Position numbers and translations under genes: made by a program. Positions 35,922 to 45,927 of a DNA stretch of 64,000 nt are shown here, one piece after another (position 1 is the stretch's first letter; the number at the start of each line of letters is the position of its first letter). This stretch comes from a virus: the IMG/VR virus record IMGVR_UViG_3300020171_000018, positions 21,803 to 85,802 of that record; one strand, 5' to 3'. The notes under the pieces were generated by a model. That model saw only the letters and a list, made by a program, of their open reading frames with translations. It was not told the origin of the DNA and did not search any database.

Positions 35922-37595
35922 CTACCGTGGTTCCAATGGATCCGGTAGGGTTGCATACTCCCTCCATGCTTGCTGGAACCACCAAGGAAAGAACCTATTG
36001 TATTGTCGTCTAAACCACCTCCATGTATCATCCAAGACAATCGTTTCACTCCAATCCGTCTCTGACCTGATTGCTCGGAAGCTCTGTTGAATTAGCGTAG
36101 TGGCAGCCACATACGCGGCGTAATCTGGGTCTTGGGCCTCTCTGGCCTTGAGCTGATTGGTCTGTGTGGTCGGGAACGGCACCTTGGGGAGAATCTGATA
36201 CCTGGCCAGATTTCCCATCAAATCAAGCCCAATTCCCGCCCTTGGGGATATTAGGACCGCCGGAGGGTCAGCCGCCTTGAACTCCTCCAGCGGCCCATCC
36301 CCATTCCCCCGCTCATGGACGTAGAACAGCGACCTGTGCTGCGTCCGGGCCAGAATCGCCTCTTGGAGCCAATATGAAACAGAGTGCACCACCCCCTTTC
36401 TATCGAGCCTTCGTCCTATCACCTGGTCAATCCTGGCCGCCAGAGTATCCAGCTCCTCTGACGTGACCTGATAGCGCATCTTGGCCGTTGGCACGTATAT
36501 CACTGGCCTATTCTCCACTGGCCAGCGACAGGGGTATGAGGCATAGTCCCACTGCCCATCTGGAACCCCCAGCAGGTGGGCGTACATCTTCCCATCGGGC
36601 ATGGTGCCACTCATAAACACAACTTTGCTCTCCGCCAATGTGTAGATGTCTTGGGCAAACTCTCCCACCCAGATTGGCTTGAGGTCAGCACCCACTAGGG
36701 AGCCCGGGGAAATCTCCGCCCCGTGTCTCCTGCGGTGCCGAGCATCCGCGGCAATGATGGGCTCCACCACCCAGCTCTCGGGCTTCATAACGGAGATTCG
36801 CAGCAGGGCATCCACCAGGGTTTCGGCCTTCTTGAGACCCTTGGCCGTCTCCCTTGGTATGTCGTCGTTGGTGCCCCCCTGCGTGGCCTCCTTGACCCGT
36901 CCGGCCCATCCTGCCAACTCCTGTCGGGCCAACTTGAGGGTCTCCTTGGCCCAGGCTGCCCAGTCCTCTACCTTCTCGCTGGCTGGTAGCCCAATATCCG
37001 CATCCAATCCCAACACCTGTTCTAGTTGTGGGAGCGTGACTCTGACGGATACTAATTGCATTAGCCAGCCCTCAAGCAAATGGGCCTCATCCACAATGAT
37101 GGTGTGCCATTTACCCAGGCCGCCCCCAAACTTGTTGGCGTACCAGAAGTAGGCGACGTTGGTAATGAGGATTCTGGTGGTCTGGGCTTCCCTCTTGGCG
37201 TCGTAGTAGGAACAGCCCCCGTCTCTTAGCTCACACTTGAACCCGAGATGGCAGGGACCCTCTTCTACGGTTAGGAATGGTTTGAGGGCGCAACTATGTT
37301 CGCTCATTCCTTTCATCACGAACGCCTGCCCCTCGAACTCTTGTGCGTATTGATCTTGGAGACTTTTGAGGGGCACAAGGATAGCCACTCGTTGGTCATC
37401 CATGAGAAGTTGAGCAATGGACATGGCGACAACCGACTTGCCGGAGCCAGGAGGTGCCTCACGAATGGTGTATCTCTTGGGGGAGGAAAGAATAGAAGAA
37501 GTCATGCGCCACTGGTCCCGACGCCAGCTAGGGTGCTTGAACCCCAAATCCGTTGGGGGGAAAGGCGCATCGTCTACAGGTGGCCGTCTGGTCAC
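35922..37595 (-). CDS. DinG/XPD-like SF2 helicase
   Basis: APPGSGKS, Cys cluster, VDEAH, MSGT, KVPFP, Q..R.IRS..D. Confidence 0.9.
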   Translation of the reverse strand: MTRRPPVDDAPFPPTDLGFKHPSWRRDQWRMTSSILSSPKRYTIREAPPGSGKSVVAMSIAQLLMDDQRVAILVPLKSLQDQYAQEFEGQAFVMKGMSEHSCALKPFLTVEEGPCHLGFKCELRDGGCSYYDAKREAQTTRILITNVAYFWYANKFGGGLGKWHTIIVDEAHLLEGWLMQLVSVRVTLPQLEQVLGLDADIGLPASEKVEDWAAWAKETLKLARQELAGWAGRVKEATQGGTNDDIPRETAKGLKKAETLVDALLRISVMKPESWVVEPIIAADARHRRRHGAEISPGSLVGADLKPIWVGEFAQDIYTLAESKVVFMSGTMPDGKMYAHLLGVPDGQWDYASYPCRWPVENRPVIYVPTAKMRYQVTSEELDTLAARIDQVIGRRLDRKGVVHSVSYWLQEAILARTQHRSLFYVHERGNGDGPLEEFKAADPPAVLISPRAGIGLDLMGNLARYQILPKVPFPTTQTNQLKAREAQDPDYAAYVAATTLIQQSFRAIRSETDWSETIVLDDTWRWFRRQYNRFFPWWFQQAWREYATLPDPLEPR

Positions 37596-37752
37596 GGTGG
37601 CCCCTTTTCTATGTTCCTGACAGGCTAGGTTCCAGTTTTGGGGCCCCAGCAGTCTCTTGTCGAAACGGGCCCCAATCCTATCCCAGTGTTAGCTCACAGA
37701 CTCGGCAAAAGCTATTGCCGTGCGCTTCGCATCACCTTCCCGGCTGCGTCTG

Positions 37753-38046
37753 TCAGACCTGCATAGGCCCCCGGTCAGACAATGCTCTCTTGGTATAGAA
37801 AGAGTCCCAGATAAACTTATGCCTTTCGGCGGTCAAATAGGAGCGTATGCTGCCGAGATGTTCTGCATTATGATTACAGCAAACGAGGAAACGCAAACTT
37901 CCAAGGCTTGACCCCGGTAGTCGCATCTCTACCGAGTGTGTATCACACAAGTCGGCACCGCAGATGATGCAGGGGCTAATAGCTACATTGTCGCACTTCG
38001 GCATGTCACAGAGTAGGAACATCTTGGTTATCTCACGAATACTCAT
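37753..38046 (-). CDS. Zn-finger protein
   Basis: CD..KC, CIICGADLCDTH; GAGGAGG RBS. Confidence 0.6.
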   Translation of the reverse strand: MSIREITKMFLLCDMPKCDNVAISPCIICGADLCDTHSVEMRLPGSSLGSLRFLVCCNHNAEHLGSIRSYLTAERHKFIWDSFYTKRALSDRGPMQV

Positions 38047-38100
38047 GCTACCTCCTCTTTATCCCGCTTACCTTGAGGTACTTCGGGGGGGGGGGGGCAT

Positions 38101-38982
38101 CTACGGGTAGAAAGACCCCTTACTCTCACTCCCGCCCCCGTTCACTTCTACCGCCTGCAACTCCTCGCGCCTCTCCACGGTCGGGTGCTCTCTCCAGCTC
38201 ATCAACTGCCCCATCCCCTCCCCGTTATCCTCCACCAAGAGTGTCAGGTTCCAACCCCTAGAGGCCAGACCATGCAAGGCCGAGCCGTACATGGGAGTAT
38301 TCTCCACCTGCGCCCAAAAGAACCTGCGCCATTCTAGGCTCCCAATCCCGTCCAAAACCGCCTTGAGTTGGGTGAGTTGCTCATATATCCCCGACCAATC
38401 CCCGACCTTCATGCTCATATCCAGGGTATGGGCGTACCCCACTATGGCGCTGGCTGCCTTGCCCTTGAGCCGCGTTCTCTCGCCAAACTCGAAAAAAATA
38501 TCACTTGCTGCTATTGCCGAGTTGTCTACATCCAGCACATCCATGCTCATGCCCTGCACCACGTAGGCGACACAAGTACGCACAAAATCAGAGGGGGTCT
38601 TGAAATGCGCCCGATAGGTCTCGCATATCTGGTGGACGTAATGGGCCATCTCCGGTGGCACCACCACGTCAAACCTCTCCTTGTGGCCCTTCTCGTCGGT
38701 TGAGCGGACATGCGGCGAGAGGGAGTCAGAGTCCAAGGTCTTAGTGACACCGGCGAGGTCCGCTAGGGAGATGCGAGAGCCGTGAGCCGTTCGTGGGAGG
38801 TCGGAGAAGGGGGTCTGTTGGTCAAAGGTCCGCTGGTCAAACCCGGGGTCAATAGAGGAGGCTGGGGGGGCCGAGAGGGTCAGGGGAGATGAGGGGGCCG
38901 CAGCAGTAGAAGTAGGGGTAGGAAGTGCGATGGAGCCGTGGCCGTCGTGGGCGTTCTCTCGCCCAGCACTATTTCGTCTCAT
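38101..38982 (-). CDS. Ribbon-helix-helix domain regulator
   Basis: ERFDVVVPPEMAHYV...FKTPSDFVR; GGAGG RBS. Confidence 0.55.
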   Translation of the reverse strand: MRRNSAGRENAHDGHGSIALPTPTSTAAAPSSPLTLSAPPASSIDPGFDQRTFDQQTPFSDLPRTAHGSRISLADLAGVTKTLDSDSLSPHVRSTDEKGHKERFDVVVPPEMAHYVHQICETYRAHFKTPSDFVRTCVAYVVQGMSMDVLDVDNSAIAASDIFFEFGERTRLKGKAASAIVGYAHTLDMSMKVGDWSGIYEQLTQLKAVLDGIGSLEWRRFFWAQVENTPMYGSALHGLASRGWNLTLLVEDNGEGMGQLMSWREHPTVERREELQAVEVNGGGSESKGSFYP

Positions 38983-39201
38983 CAAGATCCTCCGAGGCGG
39001 CTCGTAGGTTTTAGGCCGGGTCTCAAACAGGCATTGTAGAGCATACACTAGGGGTCAAGGGCTCCGCAATAGAACGGAAGTACAGGTGCAGCGGCGTGGT
39101 CACTTCGGCTCCACCACAGTAGCAGGCATAAGGGAGACGACGCCCCGCTTGACCATCATGTAGTACCTCTCAGCGCTCTAGGCTGGAGGTATCCTACACG
39201 A

Positions 39202-39238
39202 CTTCGGGGTACTAGTCCATAGTTACGCAACGGAGCCC
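39202..39238 (-). repeat. Orphan IS6-like end; inverted copy of 54110-54146
   Basis: 35/37 identity to GGGCACCGTTGCGTAACTATGGACTAGTACCCCAAAG. Confidence 0.85.
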
Positions 39239-39263
39239 TTGGTTCCTAACGCTAACGGCGTGG

Positions 39264-39542
39264 TCACGATGGCTCCTCCTGCGCCTTGTGCCACGCCATA
39301 TGTTCTCGCCAAGCGCGTAGAGACCGCCCACCGTCTATCTCCTCCCTGACAAGGGCCGCCTGAACACCGCAGTAGCGGCAGCGTCCACAATCGCAAGAAG
39401 GACAAACATCGGTGCCGCCCATCGAGGCTTCAAGAACACGTTCACCACAGACACGGCAGGGGGCGTTCTCGTCATACTCCACGACGACACACCCACCACC
39501 AATTAGGGGATACCGTGTTAGGGGATACCGTGCTGTTTTCAT
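39264..39542 (-). CDS. Cys-rich Zn-finger protein
   Basis: CRVC, CPSCDCGRCRYC. Confidence 0.6.
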   Translation of the reverse strand: MKTARYPLTRYPLIGGGCVVVEYDENAPCRVCGERVLEASMGGTDVCPSCDCGRCRYCGVQAALVREEIDGGRSLRAWREHMAWHKAQEEPS

Positions 39543-39985
39543 GCTTGCTCCTTCTGCGCCAGCGCCGTTAGCAGACACTCACCATCCTTGAAGGTCGTCC
39601 CTCTGTTCTCCTCCCAGCTCGTGACGTGAATCGTTGGCATCTTCGATGCTGGATGCCAAATGACATGGACTACATAACCCGCGTTGGCAAGTGCAGGCTC
39701 CCACACCCGCCTGTCCAGCGAGGCCATCCAGCCACGGCCACCACAAGGCTGACACACATCTAGTTCCTCACCACCATGTTTCAAGCTCTTTCGCCACGCT
39801 CTACGTGTGCCTCCGCAGTTTTTGCACAGCACCCGCACGGAGTCGTCGAAGACAAACACCTTGCCCGTACCGTGGCAATCAGGGCACTCTTGAAGGTTGT
39901 GGAATCCTAGACCATGACAACCTAGGCACAGCCGATGCATCCCCGCCAACTGCGTGGCGAGGGCATCACGCCCATTTGTAGTCAT
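39539..39985 (-). CDS. Protein with DnaJ-type CxxCxGxG zinc fingers
   Basis: Four CxxCxG repeats. Confidence 0.7.
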   Translation of the reverse strand: MTTNGRDALATQLAGMHRLCLGCHGLGFHNLQECPDCHGTGKVFVFDDSVRVLCKNCGGTRRAWRKSLKHGGEELDVCQPCGGRGWMASLDRRVWEPALANAGYVVHVIWHPASKMPTIHVTSWEENRGTTFKDGECLLTALAQKEQA

Positions 39986-40165
39986 GTCTCAGTTCTCCTT
40001 CGTCATCAAGTACTCCCCTTGTTTTCGCCTCGCTCTGGCACAAGCAGGGGCCGTTGTGCCGACTAGGGAGTGCGCACTCACGCCAACGAGTACAACGGGC
40101 AGTACGATTTGGCTTTCGGGGGATTCCCGCCAGCATCCGCACGAGGGCAAGAGTCTCCTCTTGGT

Positions 40166-40414
40166 TCACGTATCTCCTTTGCCCCCCAGTTGGGCAACTA
40201 GCGCCCATATCTGCTCTCGCTCCTCTTGGCTGGTGTATGCAGACTCACTGCCCCAATAGCTTTCTGTGACCGTAAGCACATATTTCAGCGCCGCCGCTAG
40301 CGCCTCCACCGTGCGGCAGAGGTCAAGGGTGCTATCTAGCGCAACTTCTTGCCAAGGTCCCTCCAACTTTCTTTGTTTGGCTTCGCGCACCTGCTCCAGC
40401 GACATGATGGTCAT
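40166..40414 (-). CDS. Hypothetical protein
   Basis: GGAGGTG RBS. Confidence 0.55.
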   Translation of the reverse strand: MTIMSLEQVREAKQRKLEGPWQEVALDSTLDLCRTVEALAAALKYVLTVTESYWGSESAYTSQEEREQIWALVAQLGGKGDT

Positions 40415-40566
40415 GCTTCACCTCCAACCTTCAAGCAAGGCATCTAACTCGAACATCTCCCAATCCTCGCCGTCCATGTAGGTCTCCTGGTAGTAGCACT
40501 TGAATAACTCTACAATCTCTTCGGCTATCATGCTTCACCTCTCACTATTGCTGGCCCGCCGCCTGG

Positions 40567-40785
40567 CTACTGCCCCGACCTCAAGGTAGTCAGGACATCG
40601 TTGTGCCCCAACCCGTACTGGTCTATTACCGCCAAGAATGCAGCCTCTGGATACGCCTGTGATTCTCCGCGCCGCTCCCTGTAGGCATTTAGTGCCTTCA
40701 TGCCCTCAATAGTTGCCAGAGCCGCCACGCACTGGCTGAAGACGAAGGCTACTTGTCGCATGGTAAGGACATCGTAACTATTCAT
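40567..40785 (-). CDS. Conserved small phage protein
   Basis: IEGMKALN..R..RGESQAY.E..F motif. Confidence 0.6.
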   Translation of the reverse strand: MNSYDVLTMRQVAFVFSQCVAALATIEGMKALNAYRERRGESQAYPEAAFLAVIDQYGLGHNDVLTTLRSGQ

Positions 40786-40904
40786 GGCTCTCTTCTCCTC
40801 TCTACTATTGCTGCCCGCCGCTCGGCGTGTGTACGCTACCCTCTGCCCCGTCGGGCAAAGTCGCCGATACCTGACAGTAGACACGGCGGGCTTGCTGGCG
40901 CTGT

Positions 40905-41300
40905 CTACTTTGGCATCTCAACGTCAATATCAGGTATGATAACGGATGGCCTGAATATCACCCTGTAGCGGTAGGCGTCCGCGCGTACAGGTTCCAGTTG
41001 CTCCACGAAGTAGCTGACGTTGTCTGATAGGCCCAGGAAGTGCTTCTTGTAGGTGCTAGGCCCTACCTTGCAAGTCACAGAGAGTTCACTTGACGGGTCA
41101 TAGTTGCCTAGTGAACACAGTCCTTCGATAGTTAGCAGGTATGTGTCCGTGATGCCGTTGAAGAACACAATCCTACGTGTAACCTCGAATTGGTCTGCCG
41201 CCTTTGATACGTTCTTTGAAGCTACGTCCGCTTCTGAAGAACAGGCTACCAGGGCCAGGACGCCGGCAACGAGGACGAGTAGGCACAGTAGCTTCTTCAT
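40905..41300 (-). CDS. Phage lipoprotein
   Basis: MKK signal peptide with lipobox LVAC; AAGGAGG RBS. Confidence 0.8.
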   Translation of the reverse strand: MKKLLCLLVLVAGVLALVACSSEADVASKNVSKAADQFEVTRRIVFFNGITDTYLLTIEGLCSLGNYDPSSELSVTCKVGPSTYKKHFLGLSDNVSYFVEQLEPVRADAYRYRVIFRPSVIIPDIDVEMPK

Positions 41301-41319
41301 GTCTCCTCCTTCAATTAGT

Positions 41320-41870
41320 GGGCTTGCTGGCGCTGGCCCAGCTTGCGCACTGCTTTCGGGTGGTCTCCACCACCAGCGCCAGCCTTGGCAGCCTTGCCGC
41401 AGGAGAACTTGCCCTTTCGGGTAGCTGTCGTCCCACGACTGCCCTATCCTTCCCCGCCGACTGCCACGGGAAGGCCCTTGCCCTCCCTGACGGAGCGGGC
41501 CCCTCAAACTGGCGGTTGCGCTTTTGTCTGTGGCCCTCTGCCACCACGTCCACGCCAGTTATTAGGCATTGTAGCGTGCTGGCACCCCTCGTCTATTAAG
41601 GCATCTCCTGATACGTCCACAAGAGTCTGGCAACTCACCAGTCCGAGCCTGTGGACTGCTCTTGTGCTGGACTCCTAGTTGTCCGCACATGCCACCAGCA
41701 CGCTACGACTCAGAGCCTACATTAGTCTCCATCGCCGACCGGACACTTCCACCAGGCCACTGCCATCCTTTGGCGACTCCGGCAGCACCTACACCGTTCT
41801 GGTTTCGCGGTGTCCACGATACATCGTCTCGTGAACTCGCCCTCGGCTCTGAGTAGTCGCCTAAGTCGTT
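41320..41870 (-). ncRNA. Candidate large structured non-coding RNA
   Basis: No credible ORF; many stems, GNRA loops and a long-range 10-bp helix. Confidence 0.45.
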
Positions 41871-41894
41871 AAAACCCTTCTACGGGCTACCCAC

Positions 41895-42050
41895 CTACGT
41901 TGACTTTGGAATCCCTATAGGCTCCACAGGCTCCACAGGCTCCACAGGCTTCTGGCAACGAGGGCATCGGCGCACCTCTACCTTCCGTGGAGCCCAACTG
42001 TGCCCGCAGAAGGCGCAGGTGACCATAGTTACTGGGACGTTGACCGGCAT
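41895..42050 (-). CDS. Small Zn-ribbon protein (CxxCGHxWxPR...CPRC), first gene of the leftward operon
   Basis: Hand translation; GGAGG RBS; PVE x3 from a 9-bp tandem repeat. Confidence 0.7.
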   Translation of the reverse strand: MPVNVPVTMVTCAFCGHSWAPRKVEVRRCPRCQKPVEPVEPVEPIGIPKST

Positions 42051-42074
42051 TGCAAACCTCCGACGTTATGATAT

Positions 42075-42103
42075 ATGATATACTCTAATAATTCCACCGT
42101 CAA
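42075..42103 (-). promoter_or_regulatory. Sigma70-type promoter of the replication operon
   Basis: TTGACG-17 bp-TATCAT. Confidence 0.7.
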
Positions 42104-42248
42104 GGGGGGTGTTTGGTGACAGCCATAGGCAAGCCCCGCCGAACCATAATCGTCACTCCGGCCAGATCCCCTATTCCACCCAGACCTGATCCCAGCCCCA
42201 TGCCGACAAGGGAACCTACGGTGGAGCCCCAAGTGGAGCCTCAGAGGG

Positions 42249-42953
42249 TTGGAGGGAGTCAGTAACTTGGGTAAACAGAAAAGGCCCAGACCAATCCTGC
42301 CCATAGGTCACCGCCGAGAGCCGATTGTCGCCTATCGTAGCTGGAATGTGCTGGCGGATTCCGGGGGTTGGCGTCTAGCAAGTAATAGAAGCAGCGGGAG
42401 TAACAGCCCCGCTATTTGGCCCCCCTTTGAGCCCACAGTAGCGTCTTGCCTTCACCCGCACCTTCGCCAACCAAAGGGGCACGGTCTGGCCCCCGCTGAG
42501 GGGTGCTCCTGCGGCATTTATGGCCGCAGAGCCTGTTCTATGACTGGGTTGCGCTGGGGGCATATTGTTGGGGCAGTTTCGCTGTGGGGTAAGGTGATAG
42601 GACACCAGAGCGGGTACAGGGCCGAGTATGCCTATCCACATACCCTGTTAGCAGCTAGTTGCTGCCTGTGTGGGAAACTACGCCCATTTGGCCGGATGCA
42701 GTTCTTTGCAATCCCAGACTTATTTGGGGCTGTGGGGGGCCGGGGGCGCGTTGCATCAGTCTCATTTCTATGCCTGGGGTGCTCTTTGGGCTCCACAGTT
42801 GCGGACCAACTATTTCTACGCCCGGTATCCCTACTGCTGGATGCCCTACAGACCTGTTATGGAGTAGAGGTCATAGACAACTTTGAGCAGCCACGAAGGA
42901 GGCCAAAGAAGGCCAGAGGCGATCAACAGCCTCTATGTAACGAGACACGATAG
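42249..42953 (+). CDS. Conserved hypothetical protein
   Basis: AYRSW...CSCGIY...G.V.LWG.V..H..GYRAE motif; start uncertain. Confidence 0.6.
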   Translation: MEGVSNLGKQKRPRPILPIGHRREPIVAYRSWNVLADSGGWRLASNRSSGSNSPAIWPPFEPTVASCLHPHLRQPKGHGLAPAEGCSCGIYGRRACSMTGLRWGHIVGAVSLWGKVIGHQSGYRAEYAYPHTLLAASCCLCGKLRPFGRMQFFAIPDLFGAVGGRGRVASVSFLCLGCSLGSTVADQLFLRPVSLLLDALQTCYGVEVIDNFEQPRRRPKKARGDQQPLCNETR

Positions 42954-42954
42954 A

Positions 42955-45081
42955 ATGCCCCTAACCGCGCTCGACGGGATTCTAGGCGACCTTAATGAAT
43001 CTCAACTCCAGGCCGTGGTCGCGGATACAGACCACCCCATACTCGTACTTGCGGGCCCGGGTGCCGGAAAAACTAGAACACTTGTTCACAGAATAGCTTA
43101 CATCATAGACTACCTCGGCTTCCCCGCTGACTCCATCCTCGCCGTGACCTTCAGTCGGGCCGCCGCTGCCGAGATGCGTCGGCGCTTGCACTTACTGCTT
43201 GGCCCCAGAGCCCGAGACCTCCGCGCCTCCACAATCCACTCCTACTGCTACGACTTGATGCACCGTAGAGGGGTTGACTCCAAGCCCATTGAGTACGACG
43301 CCCAAAAGCGGTTTGTCACGGACTACATCAAGACTGCCCTGATAGCCCAACCCAAGCTCAGGGATGTCCTCAACCCCACTCAATGGCGCTGGGCGCTGAG
43401 CTGGATAGATGCAGCCAAGGACGAGCTTATTCCCCCTGCCCACTCCCTGAAATGGTTTGCAGACCATATCCAGACCAACCTCCGCTCTGTTCCAGAGATG
43501 GCTCGGGGCGTGGCAGCAGTTGAGGCCCCTCTGCTGACTGACCTCTACACCAAATACCAAACACACATGCACGCAGAGGGCCTAGTGGACTTTAGCGACA
43601 TGCTCGTATACGCCCTAGGCACGTTTAGGACAGAGCCAGCGGTTTTGGCCCAAGAACAGGAATGGTACAGGTATGTCTGTGTTGACGAGTTACAGGACAC
43701 TTCGGCCATCCAGTATCAAATACTCTCCCTCGTTGCCAAGCACACTCACCTCTTTGTGGTAGCTGACGAAATGCAGGCGGTCTATGCGTTCAGAAACGCT
43801 GACCCTAACCATAATGTCCTTGCCTTCTTAAAAAGGCATCCACAGGGGGAAATCATCAAACTTGAGTGCAACTATCGCTCCACCCGAACCATAGTCAATG
43901 TGGCTAACAGGCTCTTGGCAGCAGCCCCCTATGAAGACGACAGGTACAGAAAGGTGCTCCAACCTCGGCCAGACGCTCAAGAGGGCCTACAAGTAGAGGT
44001 GAGCTACCACCGTGATGACCAAGAAGAGGCAGACTCGGTTGCAGACAAGATAGAGGCTCTAATCGGCGCCACGGGCTACCTGCCCCAAGACATCTTCGTG
44101 CTCTATCGCACCAACGCCCAGTCCGCCCCGATCGAGCGTGCCCTGTCAGCCCGGGACATCCCCCATGTGCTCATGGCTGGCCTGGGCTTCTGGGAGCGGT
44201 CCGCCACGAAGGACATGATGGCGTATCTGCGCCTCTACAACAAACGGTTCGACAACTCAGCCTTTGAGCGGGTCTGCAACTACGCTTCAATCCACATGTC
44301 CACCAGCGGCACCAGGTATCTTGGCCGGAAGTTTGTGGAAGCCTGCAAACAGCTCAACCCCGACTCCTATTGGGACGCGACGGTGAGCATGGCCCAGAAC
44401 CCACCTGAGAAGAGCTGGCGCCCAGGCATCCACGACTTCATTCGCATGATGGCAGGGGCCCCCAAGTCAGACTCCTTGGGCTGGTCTCTGCCGGAACTCG
44501 TGCTCTACTTCACCAAGCAGTATGACCATCACAGACAGATGGAGGACACCACGGACTCAACCGGGTGGCTCACGGGGAGCGCTATTGCTAGTCTGTCCCG
44601 GAGGTTCCCCAGCCTGCCCAGACTGATTGCCTACTCAGTCAAGGAGAGCAAAAAAACCAAGAGCGAGGCTGAGTCGTACAAGTCGGTGGTCTTAGGGACA
44701 ATCCATTCAGCCAAGGGCCTTGAACGAAAGGTGGTATTTGGCATTGGTATCACGGACTCCCTCCTGCCACACTATCTGAGTAGGAACCTGTATAGCCCCT
44801 GGTTGCCGCCGCCCGTGCTTCTCTCAATTTCGGATGAAAGACGGGTATGCTTTGTGTTAATAAGTCGCGCTGCCGAACGGTTGTACCTCTCTTGCCCAAT
44901 GAGCAACGGGTGGAAGCCCAACATGCGCCCCAGCAGGTTCCTTGAGGAGATGGGGCTGCTGGACATAGCTCAGGTGCCAGAGGCATACAGGGGGGCCGTG
45001 GAGAGGGCGAGGAGTGAGAAGTGGGCAGACGAGCCCCCTGATAAGGCTGGACATAGAACACTGAGCGAGGGCAGCCAGTGA
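42955..45081 (+). CDS. UvrD/PcrA/Rep-like SF1 helicase
   Basis: AGPGAGKT, VDELQDT, Q.VY.FR.A, NYRS, YRTNAQS, TIHSAKGLE. Confidence 0.95.
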   Translation: MPLTALDGILGDLNESQLQAVVADTDHPILVLAGPGAGKTRTLVHRIAYIIDYLGFPADSILAVTFSRAAAAEMRRRLHLLLGPRARDLRASTIHSYCYDLMHRRGVDSKPIEYDAQKRFVTDYIKTALIAQPKLRDVLNPTQWRWALSWIDAAKDELIPPAHSLKWFADHIQTNLRSVPEMARGVAAVEAPLLTDLYTKYQTHMHAEGLVDFSDMLVYALGTFRTEPAVLAQEQEWYRYVCVDELQDTSAIQYQILSLVAKHTHLFVVADEMQAVYAFRNADPNHNVLAFLKRHPQGEIIKLECNYRSTRTIVNVANRLLAAAPYEDDRYRKVLQPRPDAQEGLQVEVSYHRDDQEEADSVADKIEALIGATGYLPQDIFVLYRTNAQSAPIERALSARDIPHVLMAGLGFWERSATKDMMAYLRLYNKRFDNSAFERVCNYASIHMSTSGTRYLGRKFVEACKQLNPDSYWDATVSMAQNPPEKSWRPGIHDFIRMMAGAPKSDSLGWSLPELVLYFTKQYDHHRQMEDTTDSTGWLTGSAIASLSRRFPSLPRLIAYSVKESKKTKSEAESYKSVVLGTIHSAKGLERKVVFGIGITDSLLPHYLSRNLYSPWLPPPVLLSISDERRVCFVLISRAAERLYLSCPMSNGWKPNMRPSRFLEEMGLLDIAQVPEAYRGAVERARSEKWADEPPDKAGHRTLSEGSQ

Positions 45082-45335
45082 CCATTGGGATAGACCTTGA
45101 CCACACCAACCCCGGTGCCCACTGCTCCTACCGAGACGCCCTGAGAGCCATGACCAAGTTGGGCATCACCCTGGAACGCACCAGCCCTACCCTGCTGGCT
45201 ATTCGGTGCGCTACTGAGCCTGAGCCCCAAGTCTTGGACATCCTCAAGGCGTACAGGCAGGAGCTGCTGGACCTGGCAGGGTTGGACTGGTGGACTGGGG
45301 ATATTGTCGTGCTGGGGCCGGGGGATGCCCAGTAA
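45078..45335 (+). CDS. TubC-N-like small domain protein
   Basis: LGITL....LAI...LDILKAYRQELL pattern. Confidence 0.5.
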   Translation: MTIGIDLDHTNPGAHCSYRDALRAMTKLGITLERTSPTLLAIRCATEPEPQVLDILKAYRQELLDLAGLDWWTGDIVVLGPGDAQ

Positions 45336-45361
45336 CTCCCACAGCCCAGTCCCCCTGTACC

Positions 45362-45396
45362 CCCTGAGGTCAACCCTGAGGTCAACCCTGAGGCCA
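45362..45396 (+). repeat. Three tandem 12-bp iteron-like repeats CCCTGAGGTCAA (third imperfect)
   Basis: Copies start at 45362, 45374 and 45386. Confidence 0.85.
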
Positions 45397-45440
45397 CCCT
45401 GCCCCCTGCATCCCCAATACCCCCTAAGACCCCCTCTTAG

Positions 45441-45874
45441 TCTTAGTATATAGGCGTTTTGAAAAAAATCTAGGTGGAAATTTGGCAGTAGCCGATTCCT
45501 GTCATATTAGCTACTATCATGGCCTAGTTGTATAGCTATTACCACTAACATTACCCAACCACTGTCACCATCTAGGTTATGGGGTTCGAGGGTATTACTA
45601 TCATTTTCGACGCCCCAGAAAAAAGGCGGTTTTCTGGCATTGAGTCGGTGCGTATCAAGGTTCATGCGTCGGCTACTCCCGTTCTGTAAAACGGCCTCCT
45701 GTTTTTCAGAGATGATAGTAAAATCCCCCACCGAACAGTTTTTGTATGTGTATGAACGGCAAGAATGTTAGTGACTAGATATGGGAATCCTCTGCAGGCA
45801 GTAGGTGTGGATGACATTCTCGTATCTGTTCATTAAACTACTTGAAAATTTTTCAAAACGCCTATATACTAAGA
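45441..45874. other. Probable replication origin: 26-bp perfect inverted repeat around an AT-richer non-coding spacer
   Basis: TCTTAGTATATAGGCGTTTTGAAAAA at 45441-45466 and its reverse complement at 45849-45874. Confidence 0.55.
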
Positions 45875-45927
45875 GTACTAAGGGGGTGTGGGGGGTTTTG
45901 AGGGAAGTTCTGTGGAGGAGGTGTTTG

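Noticed and set aside
41505-41680. RNase P RNA-like words (GGGTGCCAG, GCCACAGA, AACCGCC) on the minus strand
   Set aside because: The universal GAGGAAAGUCC and 3' P4 strands are not present; kept only as a generic ncRNA candidate.
41919-41950. 9-bp tandem repeat as possible iterons
   Set aside because: It is coding (PVE x3) within the small Zn-ribbon gene.
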